64,000 bases of DNA from positions 1 to 64,000 of the IMG/VR virus record IMGVR_UViG_3300036820_000005. One strand, written 5' to 3'. Below are positions 49,701 through 62,831 of the stretch, piece after piece (the stretch's first letter is position 1; each line of letters starts with the position of its first letter). Source of the stretch: a virus. The notes under the pieces are model-generated. The model ran no database searches, had not been told where the DNA came from, and saw nothing but the letters and a program-made list of their open reading frames with translations. Both the position numbers and the translations under genes were made by a program.

Positions 49701-51529
49701 GGACGCGCCCGACTGGAACGTCCAGGGCTACTGCCCGATGGGCTGCGGCAAGACGCTGGTCCTGGCTGGCGGCGGCTGCGTCACCTGCATGTCGCTGCGC
49801 TGCCCCCGCCCGGACGCGGTAACCAGCCTGCTAGACGACCCGGAGACCGCCCATATCGTCGTCCTCGGCGACCGGGACTTCACGATCCGCCACCCGCTCC
49901 GCGAACGCCTCGACGACGCCCTCATGGACTGCGCGCTGCACGAGTACATCGCGGGGCTCGACGGTCCGCCGGCCGCGCCTGGCCGGTACCGGGTCACCGG
50001 CCAGCCTGGAAACCTGACATGGACGGAGGCCAGCGATGGCTGACATGACGATAGACCCGCGCGAAGGCGTCACCCGGGAACAAGCCGGCCATCTCGCCGA
50101 GCAGACGCTCGCGACTTTCGCGCCTGGCGAACTCAGCCTCGGACAGGTGGCCTGGGAGGCGTGGCAGGACTGGCGCGACGCCTACTACAGCGACAACCCC
50201 CGAGGCCGCGAGGCTTGGCAGGACGTCCCGGAGAAGTTCCGCGCGGCATACGACCAGATCGGCGCCGCCGTAGAGGCAGCCGCCCGCGAGCGGGCACTTG
50301 CTGCGCTAGACGCATGCCTGCCCGAAGGCGCCGACCGGCCCCTGACGCCCGAGCTGGTCACCGCCCTGCTGGCCCTTCACGACGTAGCCCGCGAGCTGGG
50401 GACCGCCGAAAGCGGCGTCCTGGGCTACCAGCTGATAGCCCACGAGGACGTGGGCGGGCTCGACGAGGCATCCGGCACCGTCGAGGACCTGCTGCACCCG
50501 CCGACCACCGACGAGGAAGAGGCCCGCCGTGGCTGAGCGGACGATCACCGAGACCGAGCTCGCCGAGGCGCTTGACAGGCTCGGCGGTGAGCCTCCCGTC
50601 GTGCTCTTCGCCGCACCCGAGAAAGTAGCCGCGCTGATCGTCGCCGACGTGGAAGCCCACCGCACCGAGCCCGGCAGTCAGCCGACCGTCTACGACCAGG
50701 CCCGCGCGGAGGTCCGCCAGATGTGGAACACCGCGTTCGGCCACGACCCATACTGAACCCCGACCCCGTTGAAGGAGACCCTGATGACCGCCCAGTTCGT
50801 GAAGATCGAGACCGTGCCCGCCGTCGTGGAGGCGGCCCGCTACCGGTACGGCCAGCCGCTCGACGAGATACGCGCGATCGCCCTGCGCGGCAGCCACGCC
50901 GCCCAGATCGTCGAAGTGCCCGAATGGCGGCTGCTGCTCGTCCGCACCGGCCCCCCCGAGGACCACCCGTTCTACGAGGTGGTCGCTGACGGGACGTGGC
51001 TGGTGTACGACCCGGCCGACGGGAAGCTGGCCGCGTGGGACGACGACGAGTTCGCCGAGGAGTACCGGGCGCTCCGGCAGGCAGGCGCTGATGTGGGCTA
51101 GGCCGAAGCGCCGCGCATGGTTCAGCGACCTGCGAGCTGACCTGTCCAGGCTGCACGCATGCCGCGGCACCGGACCGGACCCTCTGCTGGCGGCGGCGCG
51201 GTGAAGGAGACCATCTACCTGGCCGTATCGCGGACCAAGATCGAGCGGATGACGAAGCGGCTGCCGGACCTCCAGCGCGGCGAGATCCCCGTCAAGCTCC
51301 TGATCGAGGTCGACCCGGCCGCGTTCGGCGAACCCGTCCTCGAGCAGCATGTGCGGGTGACGGACTGGCGGGAAGGGATCGACATCCGGCCGGTCGATGT
51401 CCAGGACGGGATCATCACCGAGAGGGAAGCGGCGATGATCCGGGAAACCCGCCTAGCGGAGCTGACCGCGATCCTGGAGGCACGCGGCTACATGATCACC
51501 CCGCCGGTTGCCGCGGCAGCCGGGCAAGA

Positions 51530-54500
51530 GGAAGGCTTGACGGCATGACACCCGAACACGTCGAGGGCATGTGGCGCCGGATCAACGAACTCGCCGGGAC
51601 CAACCCGGCTGAGGCCGCCCGCACCAAGCAAGACCACTACCTGTCGGTCCTGGTCGCGATCGCTAACGGGAACGCGCAACCCGACCCGGCGAGTCTCGCG
51701 CGGGCGGTGCTGCGGCAGGTAGCCGAGAGCGGGCCGACGGCTGACCAGGCCGAACCTGCCGCCAAGGCGTCGAGTGGCCCCGGCTGGCCACGGGACACGC
51801 AGCCGGCAGGGCAGTCTTCCACCGACGGTGCTGGCCGCCAGTGGGTGACGGACTTGACCGGCCGGGCGTGGATCGAAGCTGACGGCCTGTGGTATCCGTC
51901 GCATCCCGAGACGATGAGCGCTGAAGAGGCCGAGCTGGCCGAGACCCGCCGGCAAGCCTCGCAGCGGCTCCAAAGGTACCGACAGGAAGGCTAGACGCCA
52001 TGGCTGACGAGCTGGAGCCGGTGGTGCTGCCGGACACGCTGAAGCACATTCAGGTGGCGGCCAGCCTGGCTGCCGAGGCGACACGCCCGCTGGTGCATGC
52101 CCTCCGCGACCTGGGCCGCGCCATCGTGACCCAGAAGGAGGCTAGACGGCATGGCTGAGGACCGGCCGACCTTCAACGAGGCGGCGGCCGAGTTCCAGTC
52201 CGCTCTCGTCGAGCTCATCATCCTTAGGACGTTCCCGTGGATGACCAGGCTGCTGCGGTGGGCGACCAGGCTGCTCGTGAAGTGCCGAGACGGCATGGAG
52301 CTTCGCCTAGAACGCGACCCGGCCCTGACGACCGGGCACTGCCTGATGCTGCGTATGGGCCGCCGCGAATGGTTCGCCTGGTGGGATCGGCGGCCCCGCT
52401 TCGCAACGTGGAAGGAAGGCTAGACGCCATGGCTGAAGACGTGGACGACCAGTTGCGGGCGACGCTCGCGAAGGCCGCAGCGGCGAAGGTGCTGCTGATC
52501 GACGGGCCGATGCGCGGCCAGATGTTCGACGGCCCAGGCAGCGCCGCGATCTACTACCAGCAGCCGCCGCAGAGCCTCGGCGAGGAACCCAGCGAGGGCG
52601 CGTACCGGATCGGGTCCTACCGGCTGTGTGGCCGGAAGGTGCTGCTCGGCACGATCGACCCGGACTCGCTGACCGAGCAGACGCTCAACGACGTGTTCTG
52701 GACGTGGCTGGCCAGCGAGGATGCCCTGCTCGTGTCCGAACTGCCCGTCCCGCAGCCCGCCGGGCAGAAGGAAGGCTAGACGGCATGGGTAAGTGGCTGT
52801 CCCGCTACCAGTACAGGCGGACGCAGGGGTTCGGCCCGGTGGCCGCGTTCCGTTTCGCCAGCCGTGGCCTGCGCGCGCTGGACGCGGCCACCCGGCTTAG
52901 GCATGGGCCGCCTGAGACGGGGGCGTGGAAGACAGGAGACACCTTCAAGGATGGCGTCCGCTCAGGGACCTACACGGAACTCCCGCCACCGGGGAGCTGG
53001 CTGCCCGCCGAGGGACCGGGGGAGGGCAGACGGCATGGCTGACGAGCAGGGCGTCACGCCCGACGAGGCACTAGCTCAGATCGCTTTCGAGGCGTGGCGC
53101 GACTACAGCGACGGCAACAGGTTGTGGAGCGACGTCACCGGGAGCGAACGCGAGGCGTGGGAAGCAGCAGCAGGAGAAGTCGCAGACGCAGTGCGGCAGC
53201 GGCACGGCCTGCCTGAGGACGTCCGCGAGCTGCTGACCCTGATCAGCGAAGGCCACGTCCGGAAACGGGAGCACGCCATGCACCGGGCCACTGGCCTGCT
53301 GGAGAAGTACCGAGGGGAGACGCCATGACTGAGGTCCGATACGAGCGAGGTCGCGCCGACCCCGTCGGCATATTCAACGTCCACACGCGCGGCCGGATCT
53401 ACCACGGCGACGACGACACCCAGTGCGAGCATGGCGTCGACCTGACCCGCGAACTGCCCCGGTACAACCCGCCCGGCCGGCTCGGCGACGTGATCCTGCC
53501 GCTCCCGCTGCTCTGCACCGCGGGCCGGGCCTTGACCCGCCTGGAGTTCGACGACCAGGCCGGATTCATCGCGGCACCGGCGGCCACGCTGTCGGCTGCC
53601 CTGGTGCTCTCCGACAAAGCGGCCCTGGCCGGAGCCGGCACGATCACCGCCATGCCGCCCGATCCCAGGTACGGGGCCGGTTACAGGGACGGCGGGAACA
53701 GCGTCATCGCCGACATCCGCATCCAGTTCGACGACGCCGCCGACACGATGGACGACCTGCTCGGGTTCTTCCGCCGCCTGACCGGCGACCCTGACCTTGC
53801 ATGGCCCGGACACGAGGAAGGCTAGACGATGGCTGACGAGACCGAGGTCACCTGGCCTGAGCCGAGGCCGGTCCTCCCGGTCACAGGCGAGGTTGACGAG
53901 TTCACGCTGACCGGCGACGGCCGCCTGGTGCCTAAGCCAGGACCAGGCGAGACAGCCGAGCTGGTCGCTGGCCAACTGAAGCGCGCGATCGACCAGGACC
54001 CCCGGGCCAAGCTGATCGGCGAGCTTGAGCACCAGCTCGCCGAGCACAGGTCGATCGTCTACCTGCTCGTGGAACGGCTCGGCGGGCACGTCCTGATGCC
54101 CGACATCGACCTGATCCAGCTCCCGCAGGAGGCCGGGCTGACGTGGTGGGAGTCCCGGGCCGACGGCGGCTGGCACCTGTCCACCAGAAGGGGGCCAGGC
54201 GCTGCTAAGCCCGCGCAGGACGACCGGACTCCATGGCAGGCCGATCGTGCCCGTGTAGAGGCTTCCGGCAAGTGGCCTCCGTCATGGGGTCCGTTCCACC
54301 GGCACTTTGCTAACGACGCGGTCCACCGAGACGGCGGCCAGGAATGCGATCAGCCCGGTACTCCCCGGCGGGTCTACGTGTTCGACGACGACTATCTGCA
54401 CGCGCACGAGCTGGCGGTAGCCCGGTGGGCCATCCAGCACCCGGACTTGTTTGAGGAGGCTTAGATGGCTGAACGTGAACCGATCCAGCCGATCGTTCCC

Positions 54501-55720
54501 GAACCGATCCGGATCGACGACGACAACTACGCCGAGGGTCACTGGGATTACCCCCGCCGCTGCGTCGACATAGAGATGGCCCTCGACGTCGCGCGTGAGC
54601 GTGTCGAGGAGTGGGATCAGAGGACCGACCCGAGCGGCTGGTGGCACGAACGCCCGTACTGGATAGCGCTGCACAACGAAGTGGTGCGGCTGCGCCGGGA
54701 ACTACCCGCCGACGTGCGCGAGTTCCTGGTCGGCATGGCGACCACGTGGACGCTCCAGGCCGCTCAAGACCTGCTGGTAGCTGTCAGCCGTGGGGGAGAG
54801 GGCGCTGCCGCGATCGACGCAGCTGAGGCCCGGGTCGGCGCGATCCTGCTGCTTGAGAAGTACGGATGGGAAGGGTAGACGGCATGCATATCCGCACCCC
54901 TGCCTGCAAGGGCGCCTGGTACGACACCGACGAGTCGGCGGCCGCGCATGGCCCGCACGAGTTCTTCCCCGACCCGCTGCTCGGCGCGAGCCGTTGCCCC
55001 GGCTGGAGCGATGGCGATGCCCGCGCCACCGACCTGGAGGCCCGACTCCGCAGCCACGTGGAGGGCCGGGCGATGGTAGCCGGCGTCCGACTCGAAGTGT
55101 CTCCGGCGGTCCTGGCCGAGTTGACCTGGCTGACAGAGCCGTCTCTCTCCGAGTGTCCTGTCATGCCAGCTGCCCCTGTGGACAGGCTGTATGGCGTGCC
55201 GATCGTCGCGACCCGCATGGAAGCCGGGACGTGGCGGCTGCTGGCCGCTGACGGCACGCTGATCGACACGTCGGCCGTACCGAGAGGCATCACACCGGAC
55301 CCCAGCGGCTTGCGTCACCCGCTGTCCGTCGAGTACCGCAAGACCGGCCTGCCCGCCTACGGGGACGCCACCGGTCGGCTCCTCACCGACGACGAGATCG
55401 CCGCACGCCTCGCCGCTGCGGCTGATGGCGCCCCGCCGAGCCTGGCGTCCACCCGGGACTGGCTCGACACGACCACCGCTAAGCTGGCCCGCCTCGCCGT
55501 CCTCCAGCAGGAACACGACCTGCAACAGCAGGTGATCTGGCTGCTGGTCCACCGGCTCGGCGGGACGGTACGGATCACCGACGACGAACTGGCCGGGCTC
55601 CCCGCCCACCTGCCGCTGGCCTTCCAACGCGACGACGACGGCATCGGCATCACCGCAGAGCCGTGGATCGCGCCGCCCGGTATCGGACCGCTACCGACAG
55701 ATGAGGGCTAGACGGCATGG
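51530..55720 (+). repeat. Gene-junction repeat GGA(A/G)GGCTAGACG(G/C)CATGG (about 11 copies)
   Basis: Precedes starts at 51545, 52000, 52151, 52429, 52785, 53035, 53325, 53829, 54465, 54884 and 55717; some copies are degenerate. Confidence 0.8.
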
Positions 55721-57834
55721 CCACTGACCCGCCAGCTAGCGGACCGCCGATGAACGCGATGCCGCCAGCTGACTTCACCGCCGAACTCCGGGCCGCAGCC
55801 CAGGACGAACAGCTCAACAAGGCCCTGGCCGCCCTGCACTGTGCCGCTGGGGCAGCCGGGATACCAGACGCGCAGCCGGGCAGCATCGCCGAGGTCGGCG
55901 CCCTTATCGCCGCCAGCTACGCCAATCTCCGCAGGGAGCTGGATGAGCGCACCCGCCAGGGCAACCGTGCCGATCGGGCGATTGTGGCGCTCCGCGAGAA
56001 GGCGATCGCCGCCTTGTCGACCAGCCAGCACAGCATGACGATAAGCGGCGGGCTGCCGTTCTGCACCTGCGGCCTGTCCCTGGCTGGCGGCCGCGCGTCA
56101 GAGACGTTCGTCGACCACGTCCTGCCGTTGCACGCCTGGGTGGCGGGCGCGGCCGACCGGATCCGCGCGCTGTGCCGCGACGAAACCATCGTCTGGGGCG
56201 GCCCGAATGGCAACGAATCCGCGTACGTGGCGGACGTCCTAGCAGCCCTGGACGGCCAGCATGGCTGAGCAGCAACGGGCTGGCTACCTGGCCGGGGATG
56301 CTGAACCGCTCCCGGACCTGCCGCACGACCCCGGCGGCGTCTACTGCGGGGTCGGCACTGGCCCTCCGAAGCCCGGCCACCCCGAGTACCGCCGCTGCCA
56401 TTGCGGGCAGTGGTACGGCTGGTCCGGCAGCTGGCAGTCCATACAGCATCCGCCGCGACGCTGGCTCAAGCGGCACGGCCTGGACGCCGGGGAACTGCTG
56501 GATTACGGCGGCAAGGTAGACGGCGGCTTCCTCCGCTCGCGGCCGCCGCTGCGCCTTCGCATCCGCTGGCTGCTGGAGAGGATCAGGAATGGCTAGGCTT
56601 CCGCTGCCCGGCTGGCTGGCCCGGCAGCTGCTCGGCTCGATCCCGACCGGGCCCTGCCAGGTCAAGCTGATCACCAGCTCGCCGGTCACGCCCCTGGAAC
56701 AGGAACTCCCGTCGCCCTGGCCTGGCGACGGGCTCGATTCGGTGAGATACGCGGCGCACGCCGCCACCGAATGGAACTGGCTGGGCAGACCGGAGGTCAC
56801 CGATGGGTAAGCGGCAGGCCACCGTCTGGGCAGACGGCGACTCCTGGTACTTCGCCCTGGCCCGCCCTGGCCGTGTCGCTCGAGCATGGGACTGGCTGAT
56901 GCGCCGCCCGCTGATAGCCCGCTGGCAGCTGCGGAACTGGCAGCAGATCGGCTTCACAGAGGACTCGGACGAATCGGAGCCGGAGGGCACCAATGGGTAA
57001 GCCGCTGCCGCCACCACTAGCCCCGTGGCCTGTCCGTGCCTGGTCGCGGGTCTGGTGCTACCTGTCGTGGCCGTGGCAGGTCCGCCAGATGAAGGCCCTC
57101 GGGTTCCGCCGGGTCGGGTGGATGACCTGGGAAACCGGGCCGGAGCTGCGCGCGGAGATAACCGAGCAGATCCTCACGCTGCCTGGCGTCACCGGCGTCC
57201 CGGCCGACCTTGACCAGCCGTCCTCGTTCCAGTACCCGCACGGGGTCACCGCCGCGCAGGCTGCTGAGCAGTTCGACTGGCTCACTGCCCACGCGAGGGA
57301 AGGCGGCTGGACGGCTATCGGCAGCGGCTATGCTGTCGCGCCGCCAGGCACGCCGGAGCCGACGCTGTCGGAGTTCCTGAAGGCGACCCACCGCCCCTCC
57401 CGATGGGACGACCCGGACGAGGTAGAGCGCTTCTGCGATGCGATCCTGACGCCATCCGGCCAGGCCGGGCCGGTCGTTAACACGCCGTGGGCTGACCTGG
57501 GGTATGACGTCCTAGCCGACATCCACGAGGTTGGGCAGGAGCGACCGTTCGCCAACCTGGCCGGCTCGTCGGCAACCATTCAGTTCTCGTGGGGGCTGGA
57601 ACGCATGGCCGCTCTAGGCCGCGATCTGGTGATAGCCGCAGCCGAACGCCACGCACAGATCCACTGCGCGCCGGATGTGGTCGGCACGCTCCGCTGCTCG
57701 GCTGGCCAGGACGGTCGGGAAGCGCCGATGACGCTGGCGATCCTGCTCGGCGTCGACATCATCGCTGAGGGCGACATGGAGGCCGGCCGGTGGGAGCTGC
57801 GGAAAGGCGACACTGTGATCGACTCAGGCCGACT

Positions 57835-60800
57835 GGAGGAGCTGTAGCCGTGCAGTGGATGGAGGTGCCCACCCCGGCTGGCTTGCTGAGGGTCACGTTC
57901 CCGCAGATGGAAGTCGTGGACGGTCTGGACCTGGTGTCCAGTGTCACCGTTGCTGAGCCCTGGGCGACGCTGAACGGCAAGCCGGTCAGCATGGACGGGG
58001 CACGTGAAATCCTGGCCGCTATGCGATCCGCCGCCGGTCACCCGATGAACGCCCCGTCGAACTACCAGGGCAAGGCGACGATCACGGTCACGCTGGACAC
58101 CGGCTACGAGTACACGCTCGCACCGGTCCCGTACCACGGCGACACGCCAGAGGAAGCCGCCAAGCGGGCCATCGCGTTCGCTGGGCGGATCATGCTGAAA
58201 GACGAGGTGACGCATTGAGCCGGTGGAAGCGGATCTCGGTGGAGCTGTCCCATTCGTGGCCTGGCGAGCCGTACCTGCGGTTCGAACCGGCAGACGGGGG
58301 GCCGCCGGTGATGGTGGCCGTCGATGATGACGACCTCGCCCGGATCGGCCAGCTGCAGGGCGCGCTCGGCGTTCCTCCCGTCGGCTGGCTGGGCAGGTTG
58401 CGACCCCAGCCAGCCACGCTGACCGCAGAGCTGACCCTCGCGGACGGGAACGTCGTTCACGTGCCGCAGGACGTCCGCGCGCTGGCCGCCGCGCACAAGA
58501 GCAGGATCACGGTCAGGGTGCCGTGCGCCGCGGTGCCGTTCGGGGCGCGGATCGGCCGGGTGACGGTCCGCAACGAGCAGGATGTCGAAGCGGCGTACGT
58601 GTTCAATCCGCCTGTGCAGATCCCGACGACCGGTCATCTGGACGTGACGTTCAGCCCGCAGGATCTGCGGATCCCGGCGGGCTGGCTGCCCGAGGAGGTG
58701 TAGCTGTGGCAATCCAGCGTTACCGACGCAGGCCCCAGACGGTCAAGCCCCGTGACACCGGACTGACCACAGCCCGGTACGACCCCGGCGAGCCGCTCGA
58801 CGACTTGCAGGCCGTCGCCCGGATGGCCAACCAGCTCGCTGAGCTGGCCGAAGCTGAGCTGCCGTCCGGCCGGGTCCTGGTCGTCAAGTACATCCACCTG
58901 TTCGGTAACGGTGACGGCGAGCCCGAGTTCGTCGTGGTGCTCCCGCGCGGGCTGCTGGGGTTCAGCCACGCGGCCGGTGACCTGACCGCTTACGACGGAC
59001 CCGGCGACCTGCGGCGCTGGTATGAGCCGGTGGAGGTGCTGTAGCCGTGGACCCTGTAGCGTTCGCGGTGGCCCGGCTCGCCGAGGAAGAGGCGGGAGCC
59101 CAAGCTGCATCGCCTTGTGACTGGTATCCCACCGGGGAGGACGTCCTTGCCAGGTCGGCCGATCCGCATTGGGACGGTGTGGTGGTCGCCAACGCGGAAG
59201 GCGCTTACGCCGAGCACATCGCCCGCCACGACCCGGCCCGCACGCTCCGCGAGGCTGACGCCGACCGGAGGCTCTTGGCCCGGTACGAGCAGCTTCGGAA
59301 GCCGCGGACCCTCCGGGAGCGGGTGATCTTCCCGATGCTCGCCGAAGTGGTCCTTGCCTGCATCCGCGACCGTGTTGCTGTCTGGAGCGACCACCCGGAT
59401 TACGCGACGCTGGAGGACGTGTGATGGGGGACCCGGTAGTGTTCGGCCAGGCCCGCCTCGACGAAGACGAGCAGCAGACGCGCCATCTGCTGTGCCGCGC
59501 TCAGAACGTCTCCCTGGAGTTGAAGGAGCCGAAGCTGCTTGGCCGGCATATTCCCGGCTGGGACTCGTGGGGTGACGTCGAGAAGCTGTGCGAACGCGCG
59601 CTCCGTGAGGTCGAGTCGGGGCGGCGCATCCTGGCCCGCCACACCGAGTGCGCCCGGCGTGGCACCGGTCCTTGCTGGGAATTCCCGTACGGCGACCATG
59701 ACGTCTGCCGCGAGTTGGCCGACCTGCTGTACCGGTGGGCCGACCACGCCGAGTACGAGCCTGCTTGGCTGCCGGAGGAGGAGTAGCTGTGGACCCGATA
59801 ACGTTTGCCCACGCCCGGCTCAACGAGGAAGCCGCCCGCATCGAAGCCTCGATCGAAGGCGAGATCGAACGCTTGGCCGCTGACGGCGTCGAGGTTAACC
59901 GTAACGAGCTGCTGACGGATGATCCTCCGCACTACGAGTCGCCGTTCCTCCGCCCGCTCCGCGAGGTCGACGTACACCGGAAGCTCGCCCACCTGCACAG
60001 GCCCGTAGGGGACGGCGACGTATGCGCATCCCTGTGTCATGCGCGGGCTCCCGGAGTCATAGCGCAGTACCCGTGTCCATCGGCGCGCGTTCTTGCCACC
60101 CTGTGGCCTGATCATGCCGACTACGACCAGACCTGGAAGCCGGAGGAAGCGTAGCCGTGGGTGATCCTCGCGTGACCGAAGACATGGTGACCCGCGCCTC
60201 GGAAGTGCTCTGGAGCGAGGTAAGTCCAGCCCACCTGGCGAATGTCCACGACTTCACCGACGCCGATATCGCGGCCGGGAAGCTCCACGAGGCCGACAGC
60301 GAAGCAACCGCCGAGAACCGGGCTATCGTCCGCCGTGTACTCGAGGCAGCCGTGCTGGGTCTCGGCAGCAGCGTGGTCGTGACCGAGTACGCCAACGACC
60401 TGAGCGGCGGCTGGCACCTCTGGGACACCGCGCCGTACATGGAGCGGGTCGCGCCGCTCGTACAGCGGATCGAGGCCGCCCGGACCAGCGGTTTCCGGAT
60501 CCGCCGTCGCACTGTGATCGTGGTCGACGACTGGACGGAGGTCACCGAGCCATGACGTCCGCGGACCAGCTGGCATTCGCAGAGGCCCGGCTCGCCGAGG
60601 AAGAGGTCTTCTGGCGAACCCGCCTCGTGGTGATCGGCGCGGATCGCGCTCTCCGGGACATTGAGTTCAAGCAGGCGATCCTGCGCGGCTGCCGGGAGGC
60701 GTTCGCCTACAAGGATGGCAGCCAGGAGGAAGCAGAGATCTGGCGCGAGTACGCGACGGTGATCATGCCGCCGCTGCTTGCCGTCTGGGACGACCATCCG

Positions 60801-60841
60801 GACTACGACCAGACCTGGAAGCCGGAGGAGCCGTAATCGTG
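57835..60841 (+). repeat. Gene-junction repeat GGAGG-N1-4-GTAGC(C/T)GTG (6 copies)
   Basis: Precedes GTG starts at 57850, 58706, 59047, 59789, 60157 and 60839 (last is a TAA variant). Confidence 0.75.
59047..60836 (+). other. Four DUF6221-like paralogs (59047-59424, 59424-59786, 59789-60154, 60552-60836)
   Basis: Each begins F..ARL.E.E and carries (W).DH.(D/E)Y near the C-terminus. Confidence 0.75.
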
Positions 60842-62507
60842 CATAACTACAGGTCCGAGTACCGCCTGTGCGGTGTGAAGGTGCCGAGCCGCTGGTACCG
60901 GCGCCTCGGCCGGTTCATCCCTGAACGGCTCCGCGACGTCCGGTCGGTGGCCACGCCGTGACCGCCGTCATCCACATCGCCGGAGTGCAGGTCCAGGTCG
61001 GCACCCATCTCCGGCAGCGGTGTTCCTGGTGCGGCGCGGTCCTGTGCGACTACGAGCTGACCCTGATCGCCGTCCCTATCGGCCAGGACCCGACGCCGGG
61101 TATGTGGGAGACCGGCCGGCTGGTAGCGGTCGACGGGAACGTCTCCTACGTCGTAGACCACGAGGACGGCGTCGAGTTGCCCGAGGAGGCGTGCGCGCAG
61201 CTCGACCACGAGATCACCGCATGACCCGGCTGAGGATCACGCCCGGCGTGCCGGGCCGTCTCCGATGGGCAATCCGCGCTCCCCGCCGCCCGGTCAACCT
61301 GGCTGCGCGCCTGCGGATGTGGTGGTACGACTTCGCTGTGCACGTCCCGTTCGGCGACCGGGAACGCTGCCAGGACTGCGGCCGCGGCTACGTCCACTGG
61401 CACGCCCCCGACGACCTGTACGCCGAAGTCCACGGGTCACCGTATGGGCTGTTGTGCCCGGCATGCTTTACCCGGCAGGCCCGGGCGAAGGGCATCGTCG
61501 TCTGTTTCGAGGCGGCTGTCTTCCGCCGTGACGACGAGGTCCCCGCGTGACCGGCGGCCAGCCTGAAGAACTCGCCGTCGTCATCTACGACCGGCTAGGA
61601 AAGCGCGGCGGACTGGCCCCGGTCCTCGTCCACGCCGACGGCACCAACTGCTCCCACGCGGGCAGGCCGCAGCCGATCGCCAGCATGAGCGACGTCCCGG
61701 CCTGCCCGGCCGGGCAGCCAGTGACCGGCGTCCGCTTCGACGGGCGGACGCTCACCCTGGAGCAGGTGTACCGGTCGCTGAAGTCGATCGCCGAAGCGTG
61801 GACCAAGCTGCTCACGCCGAGCATGTCAGCGCTCCTCGCCGCAGCTGGGCCGCTGCTGGACGCTGACCCGCAGATCCGCGCGCTGGCCGCCGCAACCGCG
61901 GTGATCGACGAGGCACGCCAGCGGAACAGTAGCGCCGGAGCTGCCGAGGCATGACCGCTGAACCCCGCTGGGCCTGTGCCGAGCACGATAGGGAACTGGT
62001 GTACAACGAGGCCCTGTGCTGGCTGGAATGCCCCACTACGGGTTGCCAGGCCCGGATCACCGACGAGATGCGCGCCGAACTCGGCTGGGCCTCCTGATGG
62101 CCGCTGAGCGCCGCCCGTGGTGCTGTGCCCGGTGCGAGTCCCGGACGGTCGTCGCGCACTGCACCGGGGCTGGCTGCCCGTGGACCCGCTGCCTGAAATG
62201 CACGGCGATCTCGTACCTCTGGCGGGGTCGGCGCTGGTACCGCGGCGGGTACGACCGTCCTGGCCGACGCTCGACTGACTGGCAAGCCGGGTAGCCTGAC
62301 TGCTGGCGGTGACAAGCGGCGGGCGGTAGCCCGTCCTTCCGCTGCGGGATAGCCTTTGCGCACCCGTGGCGGATAGCCGCCCCTGCTTTTATGGTGGTCT
62401 CGCATCGTTGCAGCGCACGCCATTCCAGCGGTGTATGAGGGCGGCAGCCATCCGGACGGTTGGTGGGCCGCCCTTCGGCTGCCACTGGCCGCTTGACGCT
62501 GCGTGGC

Positions 62508-62831
62508 ATGTCATTCTCCTTCAGCGCAGGCGGGACCAAGGAGCAGACGCTCCACTCGCTCGGCGAGCTGCACCACGACCACGACTCCCACTCCAAGACC
62601 ACCGCTGACCTGGTGACCAGCATGGTCACGGCAGGCCCGTCCGAGAGCGACGGCGCCGACGGCCAGGTCTACGACGCCATCTACCAGGTGTCCGCCTACG
62701 GCCACTCGAGCGCGGGCCACGACACCCCCAGCCTCAGCGTCTCCGTCTCGTCCAGCCTCAGGCTCCGCGAGACCCCCGCAGAGGTCGAGGTCGACGTCGT
62801 GGTTGAGGAAGACGACCCGGCCGGTGAGTGA
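62508..62831 (+). CDS. Hypothetical protein
   Basis: MSFSFSAGG..EQ; C-ending codon bias. Confidence 0.6.
   Translation: MSFSFSAGGTKEQTLHSLGELHHDHDSHSKTTADLVTSMVTAGPSESDGADGQVYDAIYQVSAYGHSSAGHDTPSLSVSVSSSLRLRETPAEVEVDVVVEEDDPAGE

Larger units (their letters stand above)
46741..62294 (+). other. Array of about 45 small co-oriented, translationally coupled hypothetical genes
   Basis: Near-continuous + strand ORFs with RBSs and repeated junction motifs. Includes Zn-ribbon 47609-47794, conserved phage protein 49046-49390 and DUF6085-like 49678-50043. Confidence 0.7.

Noticed and set aside
51530-60841. Junction repeats as a CRISPR array or classical integron attC sites
   Set aside because: The spacers are whole genes of variable length, the repeats are short and non-palindromic, and no cas or integron integrase is present.
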